From Octopus sinensis (taxonomy: Eukaryota), in NCBI RefSeq assembly GCF_006345805.1, contig NC_043009.1, positions 36,022,001 to 36,086,000 on the forward strand: 64,000 bases of DNA. The letters run 5' to 3'. This document shows positions 40,651 to 53,410 of the stretch, piece after piece. The notes under the pieces were generated by a model that saw only the letters and a list, made by a program, of their open reading frames with translations, was not told the DNA's origin and searched no databases. A program made the translations under genes and the position numbers. The first letter of the stretch is position 1; every line of letters begins with the position of its first letter.

Positions 40651-41294
40651 AAATAAATAGACATCACGTACCAGGGCGAGACCTCCTTAACCAAACCTAA
40701 CACAATATTGCATGGTTTCTTATTTAAGAAGTCATGCTTAGACCAGCCCAAATGAAAGAATTAAAACAGTAAAAAAAAAAAGAAAAGTTGAAAAAAAAAC
40801 GTGAAAATTTTTTTTCTTTTCCTTTTTAAATTTAAAATAAATTAAAAAGAAAAACGATATTAATGGGTGTATTAAATTAAATCCAACCTGATGAACCGTA
40901 GTCTATGTGAAAGAAAAAGCATTATGTGATTAAATGTTCGAGATATGAAATGTTACGTGGATGACCTTGTATTTGTTCTGCAACCACAGTTTAATATACG
41001 TATATATATACATGTTTATATGAATATCAATATATATGTATGTATATATATATATATATATATATTTAAAAACATGTATATATGTATGTAGATATATATT
41101 TATATATGCATATATATGTATGTATATATGCATGTAAATATAAGAGAAAAAAAACTATCAGAAAGGAACTCTATCTCTCTAAAAAAAATATCTTTTGATA
41201 AGCATAACAAATGCGCAACCGGTAAAAAGAACTTTCACCTAATTAAATACACTCTCCCTTACTTAAATTATTTTGTCAGCATTTTCTTCATTTC

Positions 41295-41345
<51 letters not shown>

Positions 41346-41689
41346 TCTCTGTGTGATGCGTGGTGTGTGTATGCTTTGCGTATATATATCTGCCTGTGCA
41401 TGTATATGTTTACACGTATGCTTGTGTATGCTTGAGTGTATATGCGTACGTGTATCTCTGTACCTACCTATTTACCGACCTAACTGGCTACTTACTTATC
41501 TATTTATCTATGTGTTTACGTATGATTCTATCGATGTACACGCCTACTTTGTCTGTCCACTCGAATGTATCTATGTATGTACTCTGCATGGATGTTATTG
41601 AGGTATCTCTACTTCCCATTTGTATTTCCTATTCAGTATGGATCATGTTTTACTTATGAGGACATACTCTTGTATTTGTCTAAGTGACA

Positions 41690-42640
41690 GGTCCTTCGGG
41701 TGTTTGGACAAAATGTGGATGTCAATTCGGCCCAGTGTGCCACTATATTGATCTTATCATTATACACTCCCCCATGTTTCATTTAGCCTCACCGCTAAAC
41801 TCCTAGATATCCCTTCAATGTATACCGTGTTTCGTCCTCACAAACTGCTTCCATGCACCATATATTGTAGACTACAGTTAATACTATGATTACAGTTACA
41901 TTCCACACTGTTCTTCACAGTGCATTTGGTATTGTCGAAGGGGTACATACTACATAATCGTAATATGCTGGAGCTCCCTGGTTTCTCAACGATCTTAATG
42001 TTGAGTTTGGTGTCCTTCAGTACCTTCTTAAACCTGAGGGTTAATTCCTCATGACGTGTGGCCTCTACAAACATCACTCCTTGATATCCATCAGCCTTGT
42101 ACAACGTGTTCACTCTCCTTGCTTTGTCGTAAATCTTATGTATACTGTTCCAGTAGTTACTTCGGTATCTAGGGCGGGTGCTACTGGCATTTTCACATAC
42201 GACGTTATCTTACTTCTTTCTGGCGCCCCTGTATATTCGAATCCTATCTATCTGGTCATATCCAGAGAATTGTATCCGGTGCATGAAGTTCTGTGCATGT
42301 CTCCTTGGTTCATAGAATTCGCACAGAGGAATACATTATTCATTATCCTAATTAAGTTTGCTATTAGTATGCTAATTTTCATATTGTGTGACAAAATTGA
42401 GATCTTATAAATAATGTAGTTGAAAGCTAAGGTTTTCATGCAGCAAGATTGGAGGAGCTGCACTCTGGTGTTTATGGTCTCTAACCAAAGTTCAGTGTCA
42501 AGGAGTGAGAGTCCATTGTTAGGGTTTACAATAGGGAAATTTATAGTTACCTTGATACTTTGGTGGATGGAGTTAGCAAAATGTTGGATGCTTTCCATCG
42601 AACTCCTCTCGGCCTCCTTGGTACTGTCACAGGGTTTGTC
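41690..42640 (-). mobile_element. Degenerate Penelope-like RT thumb/linker fragment
   Basis: SIHQSIKVTINFP..GLSLLDTELW..KISILIANLIRIMNN..YQGVMFVEAT..IKIVEKPG..C..C. Confidence 0.7.
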
Positions 42641-42914
42641 CTAACCAGAATATTAAAATCGTCTACTTACCAACATAGTTGAATAGATATTTAACCAGTT
42701 ATCTAAAAATAAAGGACTGAAATTGAACCAGTGCGTGTGCTATTAATTTTGGCGCAATGACTCTCTCTAAACACAACAAAGTATATACACATATTTAGAG
42801 ATATACACATATTTAGAGATAGATAGACAGATAGATAGATACATACACACATACATACATACATACATACATACATACATACATAGACATACATAGATAG
42901 ATAGATAGATAGAT

Positions 42915-42991
<77 letters not shown>

Positions 42992-43131
42992 CAAAATATA
43001 TATAAGAATATAGAAATGTGTATTAGTATGAAAATGATTTTTATCGTTATATGTATTGATGGATACAGTTTGTGCAAAACAGACTTTTATCATTCTACAA
43101 ACAAGAACACTTTCCATATTTCAGTCATATT

Positions 43132-43329
43132 AATCATATATTAGCCATCCATGTCATTCTCTTTTAATATCTTTTTTTAACATATTTTTTTTAAATTTCA
43201 CCATTACGTTTGTTCTGTTGTAAGACATAATCATATATTAGCCATCCATGTCATTCTCTTTTAATATCTTTTTTTAACATATTTGTTTTAAATTTCACCA
43301 TTACGTTTGTTCTGTTGTAAGACATAATT
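43132..43329. repeat. About 100-bp direct tandem duplication
   Basis: AATCATATATTAGCCATCC...CTGTTGTAAGACATAAT occurs twice. Confidence 0.85.
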
Positions 43330-43699
43330 TTTTCAGTCTAGTCAATATTTACATGTCATTACATTCGATAAACAAAACGACTGTCCCAGAAGGATATTTC
43401 TCCGACATCTACGAAAGGCTACATGAATAAGTGCTATGAACTGTCTGTATTAGTTTCGTAAAACAATAAATTGTGTCTTGCTTCAGTAGTCTAGTGAAGT
43501 GTTAACTTTTAGAGTAAAGTGGCCATACATAATTTTACATTAATTTCTGTACCTGAATTTATTTTTTTTTCCATTTGCTCTCTTCCTTGAGTTCTTATCA
43601 TATTTGTCTGTTTTAAAAACACATCAACTTACGCAAGTGTGGTGAAAGATGGTAGCAATAGTAACGTTCACAATGTTCTGATCAATTTTAAATTGAAAA

Positions 43700-44315
43700 T
43701 CATAGCGGAAAATTTTCCTGAAATTCCAAAAGAACCAACCATTTTTTCTCACACGGAATTTCTAATATACAGTCCGCACCGCACACTGCTCATTTATCAC
43801 ACCAGAAACAATCGTTGTGTTTTGTCGACCAATTTTTTCGGAGATATTTATATCTATGACAATTTGAACTTACCAGTACCTGGACTGGAAGCACTCCGTC
43901 GGTTACGACGACGAGGGTTCCGGTTGATCCGTATCAACGGAACAGCCTGCTCGTGAAATTAACGTGTAAGTGGCTGAGCACTCCACAGACACGTGTACCT
44001 TTAACGTAGTTCTCGGGGAAATTCAGCGTGACACAGAGAGTGACAAGGCCGGCCCTTTGAAATACAGGTACAACAGAAACAGGAAGTAAGAGTGAGAGAA
44101 AGTTGTGGTGAAAGAGTACAGCAGGGATCACCACCATCCCCTGCTGGAGCCTCGTGGAACTTTAGGTGTTTTCGCTCAATAAACACTCACAACGCCCGGT
44201 CTGGGAATCGAAACCGCGATCCTATGACCGCGAGTCCGCTGCCCTAACCACTGGGCCATTGCGCCTCCTTTACCAGTACCACAGGAACTAACAGCACAAA
44301 TAGCAATGCTACTCA
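43700..44315 (+). pseudogene. Ulp1/SUMO-protease-like domain remnant, probably transposon-borne, split by a SINE
   Basis: IYHTRNNRCVLSTNFFGDIYIYDNLNLPVP | QELTAQIAMLL, joined across the SINE TSD; resembles H..NHWV..V.IYDSL...QIA.L. Confidence 0.45.
43881..44269 (-). mobile_element. tRNA-derived SINE family C with 11-bp TSD
   Basis: Head GGCGCAATGGCCCAGTGGTTAGGGCAGCGGACTCGCGG. TSD TTACCAGTACC at 43870-43880 and 44270-44280. Related copies at 3600-3885 (+) and 63941-64000 (+, cut by the window end). Confidence 0.9.
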
Positions 44316-44339
44316 CCACAAACAATCATAATTCCTACA

Positions 44340-45240
44340 GTTCAACAACAAGCTGGATGGCTTTCTACTCTCTGTCGCAAAACGATCAAGTTCCTATATT
44401 CGGGATAGCTTTGATTGTTTGTCTAAAATCAATCTTTTTTAAGCACCGAAGCCAAATCGAAAACTGATTTTTGATAACTATGGATGTTTCTTCCTAACAT
44501 CCCAATATTGACCACAATGAAGGGATAGAAGCATGCATGAATGCCTTCGAAAAACAGTCAAAGAAAGTATCCCATCTAATTTTTTTTTCTGTAGGCTGCT
44601 GGGATTTGTGCTACAAAGTAATACAATGAAGTTTGGACAAAACTTTTACTACCAGACGTGGGGTTGCACAATGTGTACTCCCATGGCAGCTAATTTTGCT
44701 AATGTCTTCATAACGAAATTCGAGACACAGTTACTGAAAACATTCAAATCCCTACACGGTCATGAACCAATACTCTGATTACGGTTCATTGATGACGTCT
44801 TTTTTTGTCTGGGAAGGATCACAGGATAGTTTAATTGACTTTTTGCATTTCTGTGACTGTTAGGCTAAAAAAAATATGGCTTTAAGTGCAACAGCGTTGA
44901 ATTTTTGGACACAAAAGTTAAATTTTCTGGTGGCAGAATAGTGACAGAGCTATTTTGTAAGCCCACGTCAACCCACATTTACCTCCACCGGCGCTCCGAT
45001 CGTCCACATCATATAATTCGGTCAAATCCTAAATCTCAATTTTTGAGGATAAAACGGATTTGTATTGACATAAGGGATTACTGGAAATAAGTAAATGCTT
45101 TTTTACAGCATTATGTCAAACGCGGTTACAGTGAATAACGATTAAAGAAAATAGCAAATGACATAGATAAGATTAGCAAAAAAAAAGTCAAACTTCCACG
45201 CATAATTTTAGAAACATAGTACACTATGTGACAGAATTCG
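44340..45240 (+). mobile_element. Degenerate Penelope-like reverse transcriptase
   Basis: SYIRDSFD..MDVSSL..NIDHNEGIEA..FYYQTWGCTMCTPMAANFANVF..RFIDDVFF..FLDTKV..KPTSTHIYLH..KSQFLRIKRIC. Confidence 0.88.
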
Positions 45241-45639
45241 TTTAGTGATTTCGCTAGCATTTCAAAAGTGTTACATGCAAGTTACAGTATGTTAACTTGT
45301 TATTGGAGAGATGTTTGCGTGGGTGATGTCTGTAATTTTTATTATAGATGCTACTATGCTTTGTGGCTTTTTTCTTTTGTGCTTTCTCTTCTGTTTTTTG
45401 TTTGTTTTTGTTTTTGTTTTTTGGGGGGGCTTTATTGGTTTTTCTTCATCTTCGCTACTGGAAGATGAAGTGTCTGTGGTTTTAAGTGTGTCTGTGTTTG
45501 TGTTTATATTCTTCTTTATGTGTGTATTTTTGGTGTGAGGTGGGTGGGAGAGCTTACTTCGTTTCTCTCTAGGGTGGTCAATGTCTTTGGTGGTCTTTCA
45601 TTTGTTGTTGCTGGTGGTTTTGCTGGAACTGGTGTTGGT

Positions 45640-46350
45640 TATTATCCTCGTCCCGGCGTATGCAGCAGTAGAGGTCTTCGACCCCTTGTACCTTCTGTCA
45701 GTTGAGAGCAGATAGCTCGCAAGTAAGCAGTTTCTTTACAAACAAAACAATGTTGCCTTCTTCCCTCAGTCATTACGTGCAATACCGTCCCGTTTTGGAA
45801 ACGCATGTGGTACTGGATTCTTTGGGAGTTTTCGGGCTTGATCTTCAGAAGTATATCCAGATCCACCACGTACCAGTCCTCCCTGGCAGTTTTTGTTACC
45901 TCCATTGGAACGGTGTCTGACCCTTTCTCGTATAAGCATCCCAGAAGCTACTACATATCAAGTCCTGGTGGAATCCTGGGAATGCGGACACGCGCTATTC
46001 TTTTTCCTATATGGGATGGGTACATAATGACCTTGCTGGTTTTGCTGGTTTTGCTGGTTTTGAGTGCTTCACAGTGAGGGCTTCTGGCTTAATTGCTTCT
46101 TTTGGTATGTTTAAGTTGGCCCAGGTTTGTTCACTGTTGATGAGCTTCCATGCTTCTGCCAACTTTCCGTTCTTGTTCGTGAGGTTTAAGTTGTAACGTG
46201 GTCTTGGTTCGGCTGCTGTTGCTGCGAATGTGTTCTTGTTGCTATTGTTGTTGGTAATATTGGTATTGTTATTCTCGTTGGTGTTATTGGTGTTGATTTT
46301 ATTGCCACTGCTGTAGTTGCTGCTTGTTGTGGTGATGAGGATAGAGGGCT
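45640..46350 (-). mobile_element. L1/Tx1-like ORF1 remnant with degenerate zinc knuckle
   Basis: CFVCKETAYLRAIC (CCHC with H->Y). Upstream low-complexity N/T-rich linker and 3 x 9-bp repeat (KPAKPAKPA). Confidence 0.55.
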
Positions 46351-46499
46351 TCAAATGACCCGTCTTTGTTTTCTTTGTATCGTCTATCTGGATGTTTTGT
46401 TGTCCCTTTTTGTATTACCTAGATGTCTGGATGTTTTGCGTTCTTGCCTCATTTTGTATCCTATCTAAATTAACTATTACTTATCTATCCTCTCACACC

Positions 46500-46551
46500 G
46501 TCTCCGATGAAGGGATATAATTAATAAATATCCTGGAAACAGCTGTAAGAC
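46500..46551 (+). ncRNA. Hammerhead ribozyme with C at position 4
   Basis: GUCU CCGAUGA A GGGAUA-11nt-UAUCCU G GAAAC AGCU GUA^ AGAC. Confidence 0.6.
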
Positions 46552-46694
46552 CTTCTATCTATGAATGTTCTAATATCTACACACAGCCTTGATTTTTTAT
46601 CTCATTATGCAAAAAATTCTTATATATATGTGTGTGTGTGTATATGTATGTATATATGTATGTATATATGTATGTATTTATGTATGTATGTGTA

Positions 46695-46751
<57 letters not shown>

Positions 46752-46765
46752 TATATATATATATA

Positions 46766-49080
46766 TTAAGGTATGTAGAAAAATACAACAAGGACAGGAA
46801 CGTATAACTCTTAGAAGACGACACAATAAACATGGACAGACATTCGAACCCCTCAGTCTTCAGTCAAGAACCGGATCATCGTAGTAATTTCGGCTGATTA
46901 ATCTTGAGATTACTAGATCACGGCCAGCCCTCCAAGAAAAACTAAGCACGAGCATTAGAAAAACTAAGCTGGAAGCGTAGATTTCCTGGAAGAAGGATCG
47001 AATGCATACGAACACCAGGACAGCAAAAGGGACAGATATAAAAAACCAAAAAACAATAATGGAATACAGAAACATGAATACAGAAGCATTAACGGTGAAA
47101 ACAACAAGTGTCTTACGACTGATAACAAGCAAACAATTTTTTCTCTGGCGCATTGGGAGAAGCCTTTATAGCGGCGGACGAAAAACAACGATGTTAACAC
47201 GACGAGGGTCAGGAGCTGAAAGGCAGATTTCGGCCAACAGTCACGTGACAGAGAAGAGGGAAAAGAAAGAAAGAGAAGCAAAGGAAGAGAGAGAGAGACG
47301 AGGGACAAAACGCAACAAAGAGAGAGAAGAGAGAGAAATAAGGGATCAGAGAGGAGAAGGGATGGTTGTCGAAGAATGACCTGTGAGTGCAGAGCGAGAC
47401 AAAGAAATAGGAGGGTAAAGAGAAGAGAAAAGAGGATGAGTAGAGAGAAGAGAGAGAGAGAGAGAGAGAGAAGGGGACAGAATCAAGTAAAAATGAGAGA
47501 GAGAGGGAGACAAAAAGAGAGTCGTACCAATTATTAAGAATATGTGCTCACATTAATGATAAGGTGGGTACGGGGCGCCTGGAATATATGTTAAGGTATG
47601 TAGAAAAATACAACAAGGGCAAGAACGTATAACTCTTAGAAGACGACACAATAAACATGGACAGGACATTCGAACCCCTCAGTCTTCAGTCAAGAACCGG
47701 ATCATCGTAGTAATTTCGGCTGATTAATCTTGAGATTACTAGATCACGGCCAGCCCTCCAAGAAAAACTAAGCAACGAGCATTAGAAAAACTAAGCTGGA
47801 AGCGTAGATTTCCTGGAAGAAGGATCGAATGCATACGAACACCAGGACAGCAAAAGGGACAGATATAAAAAAACAAAAAACAATAATGGAATACAGAAAC
47901 ATGAAATACAGAAGCATTAACGGTGAAAACAACAAGTGTCTTACGACTGATACAAGCAAACAAATTTTTTCTCTGGCGCATTGGAAGAAGCCTTTATAGC
48001 GGCGGACGAAAAACAACGATGTTAACACGACGAGGGTCAGGAGCTGAAAGGCAGATTTCGGCCAACAGTCACGTGACAGAGAAGAGGAAAAGAAAGAAAG
48101 AGAAGCAAAGGAAGAGAGAGAGAGACGAGGGACAAAACGCAACAGAGAGAGAAGAGAGAGAAAGAAGGGATCAGAGAGGAGAGGGATGGGTGTCGAAGAA
48201 TGACCTGTGAGTGCAGAGCGAGACAAAGAAATAGGAGGGTAAAGAGAAGAGAAAAGAGGATGAGTAGAGAGAAGAGAGAGAGAGAGAAGAGAGAGAGGGG
48301 GACAGATCAGTAAAAATGAGAGGAGAGAGGAGACAAAAAGAGAGTCGTACCAATTATTAAGAATATGTGCTCACATTAATGATAATGGGTACGGGGCGCC
48401 TGGAATATATGTAAGGTATGTAGAAAAATACAACAAGGGCAAGAACGTATAACTCTTAGAAGACGACCAATAAACATGGACAGGACATTCGAACCCCTCA
48501 GTCTTCAGTCAAGAACCGGATCATCGTAGTAATTTCGGCTGATTAATCTTGAGATTACTAGATCACGGCCAGCCCTCCAAGAAAAACTAAGCAACGAGCA
48601 TTAGAAAAACTAAGCTGGAAGCGTAGATTTCCTGGAAGAAGGATCGAATGCATACGAACACCAGGACAGCAAAAGGGACAGATATAAAAAAACAAAAAAA
48701 TAATGGAATACAGAAACATGAAATACAGAAGCATTAACGGTGAAAACAACAAGTGTCTTACGACTGATAACAAGCAAACAAATTTTTTCTCTGGCGCATT
48801 GGAAGAAGCCTTTATAGCGGCGGACGAAAAACAACGATGTTAACACGACGAGGGTCAGGAGCTGAAAGGCAGATTTCGGCCAACAGTCACGTGACAGAGA
48901 AGAGGAAAAGAAAAAAGAGAAGCAAAGGAAGAGAGAGAGAGACGAGGGACAAAACGCAACAAAGAGAGAGAAGAGAGAGAAAGAAGGGATCAGAGAGGAG
49001 AAGGGATGGGTGTCGAAGAATGACCTGTGAGTGCAGAGCGAGACAAAGAAATAGGAGGGTAAAGAGAAGAGAAAAAGAGG
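46766..49080 (-). repeat. 2.8 tandem copies of an ~820-bp pLTR/LTR-like unit (family X)
   Basis: Units start at 46766, 47591 and 48412 and are nearly identical. On the minus strand each has GTCACGTGAC and TATAAAGG. Homologous to 11962-12535, 13255-13400 and 46351-46480. Confidence 0.9.
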
Positions 49081-49273
49081 TATATACAAAGGGGTTTGTA
49101 TGATTGTGTATAGAAGAATATATTACTCAAAGGAATTCCAACTCTGTTTTTTATGTTTTACTTATATTCTTATAATTTTAATATAGGATATAGAATATAG
49201 AATGAAATGAAGTATTGATTGTCTTATTGAGCAAATGAAATATTGAAAATTAAATATTAATATCTATTCTCAT

Positions 49274-49317
49274 TGAACGAGTATAAATTTCTTGCATTTA
49301 AGCATTCATCAGGTTCA
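49274..49317 (-). ncRNA. Hammerhead ribozyme (left arm; core intact, stem III damaged)
   Basis: UGAAC CUGAUGA A UGC uuaaau GCA A GAAA UU UAUA CUC^ GUUCA. Confidence 0.55.
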
Positions 49318-49363
49318 GATTGTGACAGGAACGCTAGACAGTCGAAGCGTTCCTGTCACAATC

Positions 49364-49406
49364 TGAACCTGATAACTGCTTAAATGCAAGAAAGTATACT
49401 AGTTCA
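49364..49406 (+). ncRNA. Hammerhead ribozyme (right arm; G8A, stem III intact)
   Basis: UGAAC CUGAUAA C UGC uuaaau GCA A GAAAG UAUA CUA^ GUUCA; palindromic stem III AGUAUACU. Confidence 0.55.
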
Positions 49407-49493
49407 ATGAGAATAGATATTAATATTTAATTTTCAATATTTCATTTGCTCAATAAGACAATCAATACTTTATTTCAATTCTTTATTACTATA

Positions 49494-49798
49494 CTAGCAG
49501 AATCGCCCGGCATTGCTCGTGTTTGTAAGGGAAATAACTATATAAGCATTTTTAGAGAGTTACTTCCCTTATATAACCCGAGTAAAAATCATTAAAAATG
49601 CGGAAAAATGATGGTAAATTTTTTTAAATCGTAGACTCATCGTAGACGCGCGCTAATACCCAGAAGGGTTCGATATAAATGACGACTATAAGATACCCGC
49701 TTTTGGTTAAACTGCACCGCAAAATGTGGGAGTAGTTAGGAATCTAAATCGGAGGAGACAGAGTCTCACACATACAACTTCAATTTTATATATAAAGA
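49494..49798 (-). mobile_element. Short non-autonomous Helitron
   Basis: A|TCTTTATATATAAAA 5' end; GC-rich imperfect subterminal hairpin (CACGAGCAATGCCGGGCG) then CTAG|T. Confidence 0.85.
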
Positions 49799-50084
49799 TA
49801 TTCTATATACTATACCCTATATTAATATTATAAGAATATAAATAAAACATAAAAAGCAGACGATTACAATATAGGTTGCGTTCTTCTATAGTTACAGTTA
49901 TTCTTTCTAAGCCCAGTACTTATTCTATCAGTCTCTTGTCGAACCTCTAGGTTACGGTGACGTAAACACACCAGCACCGGTTGTCAAGCGGGCACAAACA
50001 CAAACACACATAAATACATACATTTATATATTTATATATATATGAGAGTATTGTAGTTCGCTTGAAGCATATGTATATATATAT

Positions 50085-50121
<37 letters not shown>

Positions 50122-50125
50122 TAAG

Positions 50126-50181
<56 letters not shown>

Positions 50182-50456
50182 GCAAAACTACCAAAAGTAA
50201 GTAAACACATTGTACCGTATTCGGTACAATATGTTTATTTATCTTGGGTAGTTTTCACTTTAAGAGTCTCTCCTAGCGTGAGGCATTTATGTATAGTAAT
50301 GCCCTTAATATAAATAAATATATTTAAGAGGAAAAAAATTGATGGATTTTCCCTTATAAGGTTTTTTTCACGCTTACTACTTGATAAATTCTTATAAAGA
50401 TTTTATCCTATTTTTCAATTATATATATACATATATACATATATATATATATAGCA

Positions 50457-50503
50457 AAAACTGTCTGATGAACGGCAACGAGAAACTCAGAGTAACAGAT
50501 TTT
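50457..50503 (+). ncRNA. Minimal type I hammerhead ribozyme
   Basis: AAAACUGU CUGAUGA ACG GCAA CGA GAAAC UCAGA GUA^ ACAG a UUUU; GNRA loop in stem II. Confidence 0.7.
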
Positions 50504-50530
50504 GTTGAATTTTCTGCTGCTTAAAATAAA

Positions 50531-50583
<53 letters not shown>

Positions 50584-51164
50584 ATTATATATATATATAT
50601 GACGGGCTACTTTCAATTTCCACTCAATTTCTTTGGTTGGTCCAAGGTTATTGTAGAAGACACTTGCCCAAGGTGCCACGCGGTGGGAGTGAACCCGAAA
50701 TTATTTTCTAAAGAAGCAAGCTTCTTATCACACAGCCACACACACACACATACACAAAGGTGTGTGTATGTGTGTGTGTATCAATTTAGTAAATCTACTT
50801 AGAGGGTATAGACAGATAGAGGGAGAGGGAGAGAGCGAGAGAGCGAGAGGGAGGAAGAGAGTGAGTGTGAAACAGACAAGGAGGGACGGAGGGAGGGAGG
50901 GAGATGAAGACGGGTGAGAAAGAGAGATTAAGTCTTTCCTGCCTCCCAGCATTCTGTCATTTATTTAACATGTTCCCGCGCAATGATATTAGAATGATGA
51001 ACACGGAAAACATATTTGAAATGAAATTGATGGCTTTTTAGACATACTTTCATATATATATACATACACATTTACACACACACACACACGTGTATTTCTA
51101 GATATATGTATGTATGTATGAGTGCGTGTGGAGGTGAGTGAGTGTAGGGGTGTATATATATATG

Positions 51165-51216
<52 letters not shown>

Positions 51217-52544
51217 CCTCTCGATTTTGGGAGGGTTTTTTTTTTTTGCTGTGAATTTAATATTTATTATCTTTCGTCTTGTTCCTTCGAGTTTGTTTTC
51301 TTTTCTGAACTATTTTCTTTTTATTTATTTTATTCATTTTATTTATTTTATTTATTATCTATTTTATATCTAGTTTTTCTCTACTTTTCACATTTATCTC
51401 ACATATACTAGATTTTTACACTGTGACCTTTGATGTTACATTTTTATGATTGTGCTTTTTTATGTATATTATTTTTGTATATATATTATATTTTTATATA
51501 TTATTTATGTATATATATATTTTTTATATATTATTTATGTATATATATTTTTTTTATATATTATTTATGCATTGTTTATTTTATATTTCAGCCACTCTGT
51601 TTTCTTTCAATTTACTGACACCAGACGACAGAAACATCATTAAAGAAATAGAGTTATACGAAAACACTGAATAAAGAATATATTTATACATATATAAATT
51701 CACATATACATACATAGACACGCATATATATGTGTGTGTGCGTGTGCGTGTATGTACGTATGAATATAAGTCAGTATATGTATACATACATACATACATA
51801 CATACATACATACATACATACATACATACATACATTCATACATATACCTGCGGGTACGAAGTAAAAAGAGAGTGATGTGAAATGAATCAAAGTTAAGTTT
51901 CCTGGATTTTCTTAGTAATAAAATCTTACTGAGATTTCAGAATTTGCCAATATTGAGTCAAATTCCTGTGTTTAGTTTTTTGTTTTTCTTTTCTGTTTAT
52001 TTCTGTTTTGTTTACGTATGTGTGTGTATGTACGTGTGTGTGTGTGTGTGTGTGCGTGTGTGTGTGTATGTGTGTGTGTGTGCGTGTCTGTATTTATAGC
52101 CATTACGCATCACTTTTATATCTCTCAAAATTGGAGCGAGATGGTTCAATAAATTATTTATTAATTCCTATCTGTTCAGTCGCTGGGCGATCAAATCTAC
52201 AGCCAGTTTCTCTCCGTTGTTTTTCCATTGAACAGAGAATACACTAATGTAATAGTTTCCCATAATGCAGAAGATGTATATAGTGAACAGCTACGTACAT
52301 AAAGTAGTGTTGCTTGTTGGGAGAGACGGCTTAATCAGACGATGTCGAGTGCTTATGACCTTTTGATGGTCACCAAGAAGTGATAGAAGAGCAATGAGGA
52401 AGTAATGTGAACCCATAGATGTTGTGGGAATAAGTAGTTCCTCCGAACATCGAGATATGTGAATTCAGATAAGAATCCTAAAACAAATGCTTTTAACTGA
52501 GTGATTCCTCTAAATAAAGGTAAAACTTGAATGGTTCAGTTTAA

Positions 52545-53410
52545 CCAAATGTTGACAGAATACGTCAACAAGAACTTGCCACTTGTCTCGCAGAAGCAGC
52601 AAAAGCCTTCGGACTGACCATTAGCCTGCGAAAAGCTGAAGTGATGCTTCAGCTTGCACCTGGCCTGACAGCTCCTGAGCCTCAGATTGAGATTGAGGGC
52701 ACAACTCTGAACAACGTGGAGAGTTTTACATACCTGGGAAGCTGCCTGTTCTCAAACTGCAGCATGGACAGACTTTGGACGCGTGTGTGGGCCGAACGAG
52801 GCTTCAGACTTTCCACCAAGCTGGCAGTCTGTAGGGAAGTCGTCATCACCTCTCTGCACTATGGCTGTGTGATGTGGACGCTGTATAGGAGGCAAATGTG
52901 AGTACTTGACCAGTTCCACCTCCGCTGCTTGCGACGAATCATGGGAATTTCTTGGGAGGACAGAGTCCGCAACACTGAGGTGCTTCGCAGAGCCAAAGTG
53001 CCCAGGATCGAAGCCCTCATCATGAAGGCCCAGCTCCGGTGAGTCGGACATGTAGTCCAAATGAACGACGCGCGTCTACCAAAGATAATCTTCTCTGAAC
53101 TGGCTTCTGGAGCAAGAAACTCTAGAAGGCCAATGAGGCGATACAAGGACAGCCTGAAAACTTCCCTTGATGCCTGCGGCATTTCAGCCCGTTGCTGGGA
53201 ATCGCTTGCCTCTGACCGCGGTGCCTGGCGTCCAGCTGTCCAAAAGGGTGTTAGGCTGTTCGAGCAAAAGCGCCTCAAGAGCCTGGACCAGAAGCTACAA
53301 GCCCGAAAAGAGAAGATCCCCAACCCTACTTCTGCTGTTACGTGCCCATCATGCGGCCGCGTCTGTGTGTCTGCTTTTAGGTTCTGCTCCCACGACCGGC
53401 ATCACTGACG
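52545..53410 (+). mobile_element. 5'-truncated, degenerate RTE-clade (BovB-like) LINE 3' fragment
   Basis: Reads [85 protein letters not shown], with stops. Confidence 0.9.

Larger units (their letters stand above)
49191..49491. repeat. About 300-bp imperfect fold-back palindrome with an HHR on each arm
   Basis: Arms meet at AGGAACGCT-agacagtcga-AGCGTTCCT and differ by several substitutions and indels. Confidence 0.93.

Noticed and set aside
40880-40925. CTGATGA...GAAA as an HHR
   Set aside because: Stem II is poor, and there is no stem III/NUH or stem I partner.
46766-49080. CRISPR-like array or host tandem gene cluster
   Set aside because: 820-bp whole-unit repeats with no repeat-spacer structure and no ORF; eukaryotic TE context.
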